Source: Candidatus Aminicenantales bacterium (GTDB taxonomy: Bacteria; Acidobacteriota; Aminicenantia; Aminicenantales; UBA4085). Taken from it: a stretch of DNA of 64,000 nt. This document shows positions 38,311 through 46,677 of this stretch, piece by piece; position 1 is the stretch's first letter; each line of letters begins with the position of its first letter. The stretch is taken from positions 211,467 to 275,466 of the forward strand of contig JBEKTZ010000002.1 in assembly GCA_049515535.1 (NCBI GenBank), read 5' to 3'. Made by a program: the position numbers and the translations under genes. The notes under the pieces were generated by a model that did no database searches, was not told the origin of the DNA, and saw nothing but the letters and a program-made list of their open reading frames with translations.

Positions 38311-39210
38311 ATGACCGCCCTTTCGAAGGTCGTGATCGTCCGGGGAAAAGGCGTCCTAGCGCGTAAAAACAGCGCCGATCCCAAGATCCTTTCGCGGATG
38401 TACGAGCGCGGCGTCCGGCTCCTCGCCGGACAGAGCGACATCGCGGCGGGGTTGCGGGCGATCTTCTCGCCCTCCGATCGCGTCGGGATCAAGATCAACG
38501 CGATCGCCGCTCCCGAACTCACCACTCCGCCCGAGGTCAGCCTTCCTTTCGCCCGCCTCTTGACCGGAATCGGAATTCCGGAGAGCAACGTCATCATCTG
38601 GGACCGGACGAACCGGGAACTCAAGGACGCGGGCTACCGGCTCAACCTCGACGGGGGCGGCTTCAAGATATTCGGAACGGACACGGCGGGCGCAGGATAC
38701 CCGGGCGAGCCCGTCTCCCATCTCAACATCGGGAGCCTTTTTTCAGCGATCCAGATGAGCCGAATCACGGCCTCGGTCAGCTTTGCGGTCTTGAAAGACC
38801 ACGGGATGGCCGGGATCACGGCCGGCTTGAAAAATTATTATGGCGCCGTTCATAATCCGAACAAATACCATGACGACAACTGCGACCCGTTCGTGGCCGA
38901 GCTTTTCGACACGCCTCCGATCAAAGCCAAGCACCGATTGACCATCCTCGACGCCCTCGTCGTCCAATATCACCGGGGACCTTCCTATCACGCCCGCTGG
39001 GCGGAGACCATGGAAACGCTCGTTTTCAGCCTGGACCCCGTCGCCGCAGATTTTATCGGCTGGCAAATCGTCGAAAGACTCCGCAAGGATAAGGGTCTTC
39101 CTTCCTTGGAGGAGGACCGGCGCCTCCCCTCCTACATCCGGACCGCCGAACGGATGGGGCTTGGGAAAGCCGCGCCGGCGGACATTCAGGTCGTCGAGGA
39201 AGAGGTCTAG
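38311..39210 (+). CDS. DUF362 domain protein (putative Fe-S)
   Basis: DRVGIKIN, LKDHGMAGITAGLKNYYG, HDDNC, DPVAAD. Confidence 0.8.
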   Translation: MTALSKVVIVRGKGVLARKNSADPKILSRMYERGVRLLAGQSDIAAGLRAIFSPSDRVGIKINAIAAPELTTPPEVSLPFARLLTGIGIPESNVIIWDRTNRELKDAGYRLNLDGGGFKIFGTDTAGAGYPGEPVSHLNIGSLFSAIQMSRITASVSFAVLKDHGMAGITAGLKNYYGAVHNPNKYHDDNCDPFVAELFDTPPIKAKHRLTILDALVVQYHRGPSYHARWAETMETLVFSLDPVAADFIGWQIVERLRKDKGLPSLEEDRRLPSYIRTAERMGLGKAAPADIQVVEEEV

Positions 39211-39218
39211 TAACGGCC

Positions 39219-40340
39219 ATGCGAAGACGACAGTTCATCCGGACGGCGGCCGGGGCCGGCGTCGCTCTCGGCGCGAATCCCGGCCCGGCCTTGCGGAACC
39301 TCTATGCTTTCGGCGACACGTCCAATCTCTCTCACGTCGAGGCGCGCTATTACAAGCGTCTTCCCGATCGGGAAATCGAATGCGAGCTCTGCCCGCGGCG
39401 CTGCAAGCTGGGCGACAAAGAACGCGGCTACTGCGGCGTCCGACAAAACGACGGAGGCGTCTACTATACGCTCGTCTACGGCAAAGTTTGCTCGATGCAT
39501 GTCGACCCCATAGCGAAAAAACCCTTTTTCCATGTCCTTCCCGGGACGAACGCCCTGTCCATCGCCACGGCCGGCTGCAACGTGAATTGCAAGTTCTGTC
39601 AGAACTGGGAGATCTCCCAGGTCCGTCCGGAACAAGTGGACGCCGTGGACGCGCCTCCCCGCGTCATCGCCGAGACGGCGGTCGAATACCGGTGTCCAAC
39701 GATCGCCTATACCTATTCCGAGCCCACGATCTTTTACGAATATATGTATGATACGGCCGTTGAAGCCCGTCGTCAGGGCGTCCGAAGCGTCGTCGTTTCG
39801 GCAGGTTACATCAACCCCGAGCCCCTGGAGACCTTGATCAAAGTCGTGGACGCCATCAAGATCGACCTCAAGGCGTTCGATCAGGATTTCTACCGGAAAT
39901 ACGTCCGTGGTGAGCTGCCGCCCGTGTTGGAAACCCTCAAATTGATCGCCCGGAAAAAAGTCTGGCTGGAGATCGTCTATCTCGTCATTCCCACGTTGAA
40001 CGACGCGGCCGAGAGCGTCCGGAAAATGTCCCAATGGATTCGTCTGGAAATCGGGCCTGAAACTCCCCTCCATTTCACGCAGTTCCACCCGATGTATCTC
40101 ATCAAAAACCTTCCGCCGACGCCGATATCGACGCTCGAGAATCTCCGGCGGATCGCCCTCGAGGAAGGACTCTCCTTCGTCTATATCGGAAACGTGCCCG
40201 GCCATGAGGGCGAGAACACCTTTTGTCCCAAATGCCGGACGATGCTCATCAGGAGAAACGGCTATGAGATCGAACGGAACATGATCGAGAAAGGAAAGTG
40301 TCCAAACTGCCAATATCCGATTCCGGGAATCTGGACCTGA
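39219..40340 (+). CDS. amrS: AmmeMemoRadiSam-type radical SAM enzyme with a twin-arginine leader
   Basis: CELCPRRC...GYCGVR, DPIAKKPFFH, CNVNCKFCQNWEISQ (CxxxCxxC), YIGNVPGH...CPKC; N-terminus MRRRQFIR. Confidence 0.85.
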   Translation: MRRRQFIRTAAGAGVALGANPGPALRNLYAFGDTSNLSHVEARYYKRLPDREIECELCPRRCKLGDKERGYCGVRQNDGGVYYTLVYGKVCSMHVDPIAKKPFFHVLPGTNALSIATAGCNVNCKFCQNWEISQVRPEQVDAVDAPPRVIAETAVEYRCPTIAYTYSEPTIFYEYMYDTAVEARRQGVRSVVVSAGYINPEPLETLIKVVDAIKIDLKAFDQDFYRKYVRGELPPVLETLKLIARKKVWLEIVYLVIPTLNDAAESVRKMSQWIRLEIGPETPLHFTQFHPMYLIKNLPPTPISTLENLRRIALEEGLSFVYIGNVPGHEGENTFCPKCRTMLIRRNGYEIERNMIEKGKCPNCQYPIPGIWT

Positions 40341-42466
40341 GATTCTCGCCGGCGGCGTTTCTCCTCGGCTGGCTCGCTGTGTCTTATCAAATCTTCCTTT
40401 TGCGGGAATTTTCCGCCCATTTTTACGGCAACGAGCTCGTCTTCGGCCTCGTGCTCGCCGCCTGGCTCCTATGGGGAGGACTGGGAAGTCTTTGGGCTTC
40501 CCGACGCGGCGGCGCTCGTTGGCCGGCCCTGTTTTTCGCCGCCCTGCTCATCGCCCCGTTCTGTTTCTCGGCTCTCCGCTTTTCGCGGTTGGCTTTGGGC
40601 CTTTTGCCGGGCGAATTGACCGGGCTTCTTCCGATCTTCATCTTCGCTTTCATCCTGACTTTTTTCATCAATTTTCCCCTTGGGGCCGCCTTTGCCTCCA
40701 CGGTCAGACGCGAAGGCCCCCTGCCTCGGATTTATTTGTGGGAATCCGCGGGCGCCGCGACGGGGAGCCTCGTCACCTATTTGGGACTCATTCCCCGTCT
40801 TTCCAATTGGCGGGCGATTGCGGTCACCGGCGCAGTCGCGGCGACGGCGGCGTTTATCAACTTCCGAAAAAAGATTCCAGCCGGGCTTTTGATCGCGGCC
40901 TTGTCGATCTCTGTCGCGTTTTTCGTCCTGGATATTCCCACGCAAAGAATGATTTGGAAACCGTTCACGCTCGTAGAGAGTCGAGACGGCCGCTATGGCA
41001 AGCTGCAGGTGATCAAAACCTCCGAACAGGTGACTCTGTACGACAACGGTCTCCGCGTCTATTCCTTTCCCGATCCGGCTTCCGCCGAGGAATCCGTGCA
41101 TTTCGCCCTTCTCCAGAATCCCGAGGCCCGACGCGTCCTTCTCATCGGCGGAGGCGCCGGCGGAGCGCTGGCCGAAGTTTTGAAATATCCGAAGACTGAA
41201 GTGGATTATGTCGAGCTCGATCCCGATATCATCAGGATCTCGGAATCGTTCCTCCCGCCCTCGGCGTCAGGCGTCCTTAAAGATCCGCGGGTGCACATCA
41301 TCCTCGGGGACGGCCGCGCGTTTTTGGAAGCGACGACGGCGTTCTACGATATCGTCATCCTGAACTTGCCCGAACCCGCGACGGCCCAGATCAATCGCTT
41401 CTACACGCGGGAATTTTTTTCCAGGGTCCGAACCAAATTGAACACGGGCGGCGTCTTTTCCTTCCGCGTTCCCTCAGCCGAAAATTACATCAGCCCGGAG
41501 CTTCAAAAATTTCTGTCGACCATGTCGGCCACGCTCCGCCAGGCGTTCCCTGAGATCAAAATCATCCCCGGAGACTCGAATATCTTTCTGGCCTCCGCGA
41601 GCCCATTGCATGCGGATGCGGATGACTTCATCCGCACGATCAAGCGGTTCCGGATCCAGAACAAATTCATCAGCCCGGAACAGCTTCCCGCGCGTCTTCA
41701 TCCGCTGCGGATCCGGGCGCTCGCGGAAAAGATCGCATCCGGACCGGGCCTCCTGAATTCCGACCTGCATCCGGTCAGCTATTTCTTCGATTCCGTCCTG
41801 TGGAGCGCCCAGTTCAAAGGCGCGGAATCGAAGATCCTCACGTTTTTCGCGCGAATTCCGGTCCATTGGCTGCTGGACATCCCATTGCTTCTGCTGGCCG
41901 GAATCCTCGTTTTCATCAGGTTCGGATCTTCCTCTTCCGGAAATTCGATCGTCCCGGTCGCCCTCATGGGAATGACCACCATGGCCGGCGAGATCATGCT
42001 GATCCTCATATACCAAACCCTCTATGGATACGTGTACGGCCAAATCGCCCTGCTCCTGACAGCGTTCATGTCGGGCTTGACGTTGGGCGCATTCGTCAGC
42101 TCGAAGAGGAAAAAACACCGGTATTCCCACCTGATCCTCCTCCAATCGGGCCTTCTCATCCTTGTCGCGGCCGTTTGGTTCTCTCTCGGTTCACGCCTGG
42201 CTGGGCCGCTTCTTTATCCTTTTTTGCTTTCGTTGGGGTATCTGGGAGGAGATTTCTTCATCGTCGCCAACACCCTCTTCTTCAAAGAAAAGACCCAAGC
42301 CGGGCAGGCTTATGGCTGGGACCTCCTGGGCTCTTTCCTGGCCGCCGCCGGTTTGTCGTCGGTGCTTATCCCGCTGGCCGGCCTGCCGATCCTCTTTCAA
42401 TACCTTCTGCTGGTCAACTCCTTCGGCCTGTTGTTTATCGTTACCGGCCGGAAAAAAGCGCGATGA
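40298..42466 (+). CDS. Multi-pass membrane protein fused to a spermidine-synthase-like SAM-binding domain
   Basis: TM bundles on both sides of LIGGGAGG...VELDP...DGRAFL...YDIVILNLPEP...RFYTREFF. Confidence 0.82.
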   Translation: MSKLPISDSGNLDLRFSPAAFLLGWLAVSYQIFLLREFSAHFYGNELVFGLVLAAWLLWGGLGSLWASRRGGARWPALFFAALLIAPFCFSALRFSRLALGLLPGELTGLLPIFIFAFILTFFINFPLGAAFASTVRREGPLPRIYLWESAGAATGSLVTYLGLIPRLSNWRAIAVTGAVAATAAFINFRKKIPAGLLIAALSISVAFFVLDIPTQRMIWKPFTLVESRDGRYGKLQVIKTSEQVTLYDNGLRVYSFPDPASAEESVHFALLQNPEARRVLLIGGGAGGALAEVLKYPKTEVDYVELDPDIIRISESFLPPSASGVLKDPRVHIILGDGRAFLEATTAFYDIVILNLPEPATAQINRFYTREFFSRVRTKLNTGGVFSFRVPSAENYISPELQKFLSTMSATLRQAFPEIKIIPGDSNIFLASASPLHADADDFIRTIKRFRIQNKFISPEQLPARLHPLRIRALAEKIASGPGLLNSDLHPVSYFFDSVLWSAQFKGAESKILTFFARIPVHWLLDIPLLLLAGILVFIRFGSSSSGNSIVPVALMGMTTMAGEIMLILIYQTLYGYVYGQIALLLTAFMSGLTLGAFVSSKRKKHRYSHLILLQSGLLILVAAVWFSLGSRLAGPLLYPFLLSLGYLGGDFFIVANTLFFKEKTQAGQAYGWDLLGSFLAAAGLSSVLIPLAGLPILFQYLLLVNSFGLLFIVTGRKKAR

Positions 42467-42598
42467 TCGGGATCTCCCATTCATGCCGAAAATTTATCTT
42501 GTCACGTCCGTCATCGATCGGATATCATGAAGGCGTGGCGATCAGAATTTCGCTTCGCGCCATGAATCGTCCTTGTCTGTATTCAGAGAGGGATCATC

Positions 42599-43588
42599 AT
42601 GATTAAGGTTGAGCAGACTTTTATGGACTTTTTGCTCGAGCATCAGGAACGTCATAAACGCAGCTATCATTTCTTGATCCTCATGAACTCCATCCTCAAC
42701 GCCGCCAAGCGCATCCAATTTTTCTATTCGACCGGAGCCCTGCAGGGAAACTTGGGATTGACGGGATCGGTCAATATCCAGGGAGAAGACGTGCTCCATA
42801 TGGATATGATCGCCAACGAGATCGTCAAGCATTCCCTGGCTCAATCGGGCCGGGTCATCTCTGCCGTAGGCGAAGAGGAAGAAGAGGTCATAGCGATGAA
42901 CGAGGAAGGCGGGAGATATTTCGTCTATTACGATCCGATGGACGGATCGTCCAATGTGCCGCACAACCTCCCGATCGGGTTCCTCTTCGGGGTGGCCAAA
43001 CGCAATCTCGAGGGCCATGAAGATATGCATCTGAGGACCGGCCGCGAATTCATCGCCGCGGGCATGTTCGTCATCCCCACCGGAACGTTCACCATCGCCC
43101 TCCACAACGCGGGCTGCTGGCGCTTCCACCTCGACGAGACCTTCAACTATGTCAAGCCGACGAGCATGATGCTGCCCGTCAACACGAAAACCTGGGAGCT
43201 CTCCTTCAATTCCGCCAACCGGGAAAGCTATGCCCTTCCCATCCAGAAATGGATCGCCGAGAACGAAAAGAAATATGCGTTCCGCTACATGGGCGCCCTA
43301 GCCGGCGATTTCCATCGCATTCTGACCAACGGCGGGATGTTTATGTATCCGGCCATCGTCAACCATCCCGATCCGCGGAAGAACCGTCCCCAGGGAAAAT
43401 TACGGCTGCTGTACGAGGCGTCGGTCGTGTCCTTCATGTGCCACGAAGCCGGCGGCGAAGCCATCGATGAAAATGGAACGCCGATCCTCGACATCATCCC
43501 CGAAAAACCCCACCAGCGCACCGCGCTGTATATTGGGTCGAAGCCTTTGGTGGCTGAGATCGCCAAGATCCTGAAGGAAAAAAAATAG
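42599..43588 (+). CDS. fbp: Class I fructose-1,6-bisphosphatase
   Basis: NIQGED, DPMDGSSN, RYMG...DFHRIL..GG.F.YP, GKLRLLYE. Confidence 0.88.
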   Translation: MIKVEQTFMDFLLEHQERHKRSYHFLILMNSILNAAKRIQFFYSTGALQGNLGLTGSVNIQGEDVLHMDMIANEIVKHSLAQSGRVISAVGEEEEEVIAMNEEGGRYFVYYDPMDGSSNVPHNLPIGFLFGVAKRNLEGHEDMHLRTGREFIAAGMFVIPTGTFTIALHNAGCWRFHLDETFNYVKPTSMMLPVNTKTWELSFNSANRESYALPIQKWIAENEKKYAFRYMGALAGDFHRILTNGGMFMYPAIVNHPDPRKNRPQGKLRLLYEASVVSFMCHEAGGEAIDENGTPILDIIPEKPHQRTALYIGSKPLVAEIAKILKEKK

Positions 43589-43631
43589 GACTTCGATGAC
43601 CTTCAGGTGAGCGGTCAAAAGGGACGAGGGA

Positions 43632-46163
43632 ATGAAATGCCCGCGCTGTCAGGCTGATAATCCCCCGGCGAACTGCTATTGTGCCGGCTGCGGGACGTCG
43701 CTCACGTCCGCGCCGGGCACGGCCTCTCCGCTCCGGACCCAAACGCTCGTCCCATCTCCCGATCCGTTTTCCACGGGAACATTGTTCGCCGGCCGTTATC
43801 GTATCATCGAAGAACTCGGCCGCGGCGGGATGGGACGAGTCTACAAGGCCTTCGATACGAAGATCCAGGAACGGATCGCCATCAAGATCATCCGGCCGGA
43901 AATCGCCGACGACCCAAAGACGATCGAGCGCTTCCGGAACGAGCTCAAGCTGGCCCGCCAGATCACCCATCGCAACGTCTGCCGAATGCACGACCTCGGA
44001 GAGGACGGACGCACGCATTTCATCACCATGGAATATGTTTCCGGAGAGAACCTCGACAAGATCATCCGGAGGATGAAAGCGCTGAACATCGGGACGGCCG
44101 AGGATTATGCCCGCCAGATCTGTGAGGGGCTGGCCGAGGCCCACCGCCTGGGCGTCGTTCACAGGGACCTTAAGCCCCAGAACATCATCATCGACGAAAC
44201 CGGGATGGCCAGGATTATGGATTTCGGCATCGCCCGGACGCTCGCGAGCGGAGGCCCGACCGGCGAGGGAATGATGATCGGAACGCCCGATTATATGGCC
44301 CCCGAGCAGGCTGAAGGGAAAACAGCCGACCAGCGGACGGACATCTATGCCTTCGGCCTGATCCTCTACGAGATGGTCGCGGGAAAGCGTCCCTTTGACA
44401 GCGATACGCCGATCAGCGTGGCCATGAAACACAAGACGGAAATCCCGCGACCGCCGCGGGATTGGAACGCCCAGGTCCCCGACGAGTTGAACGCACTCAT
44501 TCTCAAGTGCCTGGAAAAAGACAAAACAAAAAGATATCAGAGCGCCTCTGAGCTCCTGGCGGAATTGGGGCGGATCGAAGTCCTCCTGCCGCGGCCGAGG
44601 GAAGACGGACAACCGGCTCGTTCCAGGACCGTCCCAGCCGTCCGTAAACGCCTTCTTATCGCGGCGCTGGGAGTCCTGGCCGGCCTGGCGTTTATAGCCG
44701 TCATTGGATACGTCCTTCAGCATAAGACTTCTGAGATGACCTCTTTGGCTATCCTGCCCTTCAAAGACCTGAGCCGCGAGCAGAACCAAGGAGTTTTTTG
44801 CGAGGGCATATCGGATGACATCCGGAGCCGGCTCTCAAGCATCGAGAAACTGAACGTCATCTCAAAATTCTCGTCGGACCAGTACAAAAACACGGCCAAA
44901 GGTCTCAAGGAGATCGGACGGGAGCTGGACGTCCGGAAAACTCTGTCCGGAACCCTGGAGATCGAGAACAATGTCATCCAGGTCAGGATCGAACTCGGCG
45001 ACACGCGTAGCGAATTCACGTCGTGGTCCAAGACTTACAAGGATACGCTGGACGGCTACTTTAAAGTGGAGGCCCAGATCGCCGGCGCCATCGCCCAAGA
45101 ATTGAGCGTTCGACTCGCCCCCCGGGACATCCAGCAGGCGAAAGGACGGGAGCCGGCGAACTTGAACGCTTATATGGAACTCCGCTGGGGAACGCATTTT
45201 TTGACGAATTATAGAAACTTGAGGACGGAAGAAGATTTCTTCGAGGCGGTCAAGCGCTTCGGGAAAACCATCGAATTGGACCCGGCCTGCGTCCCCGCCT
45301 ACTGGGGACTGGGCGACGCTTACGAAGCCCGATTCGTCCGGACGGCCGACCTCGCGGACCAGGCCGCGATGGAGCGGTATTATGGGCGGGCCTACGAAAT
45401 CAACGGCCGCCTGCCGGAATCGGCCATGGGCATGGGCTGGATCTATTTTCACCGCGAGGATCCGGACAAAGCCTACGGATTCTTTCGCCAAGCGGTCGAG
45501 GCGGACCCGAACAACCCTCTGGTCGACTACGGGGTGGGATCGTTTCTGCGCAGCATCGGCCTCTATGAAAGCGCCCTCAGGCATTACCGGCGGGCCATCG
45601 AACTGGACCCCCTCTCCTACCGCGCCTACATGACCGGCATCAGCTGTTACAGCTACATCGGAGAATTCGAGAAAGCCGTGGCCCTGGCCAAACAGGCTGT
45701 CGACATCGAGCCCAACATCCCGCGGACCCACGCCATTTACGCCCGCCAGCTCCTCTTGGTCAAAAGATATGACGAAGCCGAACAGGAACTGATCAGGGCC
45801 GAAAAGATCATGGGGGTCGAGCCCCAGGAATTCCGGCTGAGGGCTTGGCTGGCCGCGGTTCGCGGGGACAAAAAGCTCGCCTTGGATTTGATCGATAAAA
45901 TCGCCAAAATGAAGGACCCTCTTTATGCCTACGAGATCACGAACGCGTACTGTCTGTTGGGGAAGACGGATGAGGTCATCAAGCTCATCCGGGAGGGGAT
46001 TGACGTCGGATTTCACACGGCCCGGGATTACCTCTATTCTTATCCCTATCTGGCCACGAATTTCTATTTCGACACCCTCAGAAACGATCCCCGGTTCCGC
46101 GAAATCCTCACCGCCGAAAAGATCAAATATGATGAGAAGTTGGCGAAATTCGGGAATCTCTGA
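43632..46163 (+). CDS. Hanks-type Ser/Thr kinase: zinc ribbon, kinase, TM, TolB-N-like domain and TPRs
   Basis: CPRC..CAGC; GRGGMG, HRDLKPQN, DFG, GTPDYMAPEQ; TM; SLAILPF domain; TPR repeats. Confidence 0.92.
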   Translation: MKCPRCQADNPPANCYCAGCGTSLTSAPGTASPLRTQTLVPSPDPFSTGTLFAGRYRIIEELGRGGMGRVYKAFDTKIQERIAIKIIRPEIADDPKTIERFRNELKLARQITHRNVCRMHDLGEDGRTHFITMEYVSGENLDKIIRRMKALNIGTAEDYARQICEGLAEAHRLGVVHRDLKPQNIIIDETGMARIMDFGIARTLASGGPTGEGMMIGTPDYMAPEQAEGKTADQRTDIYAFGLILYEMVAGKRPFDSDTPISVAMKHKTEIPRPPRDWNAQVPDELNALILKCLEKDKTKRYQSASELLAELGRIEVLLPRPREDGQPARSRTVPAVRKRLLIAALGVLAGLAFIAVIGYVLQHKTSEMTSLAILPFKDLSREQNQGVFCEGISDDIRSRLSSIEKLNVISKFSSDQYKNTAKGLKEIGRELDVRKTLSGTLEIENNVIQVRIELGDTRSEFTSWSKTYKDTLDGYFKVEAQIAGAIAQELSVRLAPRDIQQAKGREPANLNAYMELRWGTHFLTNYRNLRTEEDFFEAVKRFGKTIELDPACVPAYWGLGDAYEARFVRTADLADQAAMERYYGRAYEINGRLPESAMGMGWIYFHREDPDKAYGFFRQAVEADPNNPLVDYGVGSFLRSIGLYESALRHYRRAIELDPLSYRAYMTGISCYSYIGEFEKAVALAKQAVDIEPNIPRTHAIYARQLLLVKRYDEAEQELIRAEKIMGVEPQEFRLRAWLAAVRGDKKLALDLIDKIAKMKDPLYAYEITNAYCLLGKTDEVIKLIREGIDVGFHTARDYLYSYPYLATNFYFDTLRNDPRFREILTAEKIKYDEKLAKFGNL

Positions 46164-46236
46164 AAACATTTGACATCAAGATGTTGATTCTGTTATGAAT
46201 GCGATTAAGCACGCTTTATTTTAAGGAGGAATGACC

Positions 46237-46677
46237 ATGTCAAAAAAATTGAGTCCGGAGGAACTGGCAAAAATCGAATCGAAATTCCAGACGCAATGGA
46301 AAAATTTTCGCGGTTTGCTGAGAAACCAGGATTATAAAAGCCTCCCGATCAATGATCAGGCGACCCTGATCCATAGGATCGGACATAAAATCAAAATTGT
46401 CCATGGCAAGGACAAAGTCGTCGATTACATCGCTAAAAATTTGCCGAATCTCAGCCTGGTCCCGGAGGCCGAGACCGATCCCGTCGACTCCGGATTATTG
46501 ACGCATACCGATCTCGTGATCGATACACGCCCGATCAAGGCCTTCCTGAAACACGATGCCATGAAAGGGATGGCCGGGACGTATTCCAAGGATCCTTCGG
46601 GCGAATTCGACAGCGTCTGGATTCATCAAGACGAATGCTTCTGGGAAATCATGTTCATCAATTTCCGCGATAATTAA
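46237..46677 (+). CDS. Hypothetical protein (about 146 aa)
   Basis: Strong SD AAGGAGGA and a TTGACA promoter-like site at 46170; no recognisable motif. Confidence 0.7.
   Translation: MSKKLSPEELAKIESKFQTQWKNFRGLLRNQDYKSLPINDQATLIHRIGHKIKIVHGKDKVVDYIAKNLPNLSLVPEAETDPVDSGLLTHTDLVIDTRPIKAFLKHDAMKGMAGTYSKDPSGEFDSVWIHQDECFWEIMFINFRDN

Noticed and set aside
42599..43588. Divergent motifs in fbp (DPMDGS, YMGALAGD)
   Set aside because: The core metal- and substrate-binding motifs are retained; this looks like ordinary divergence.
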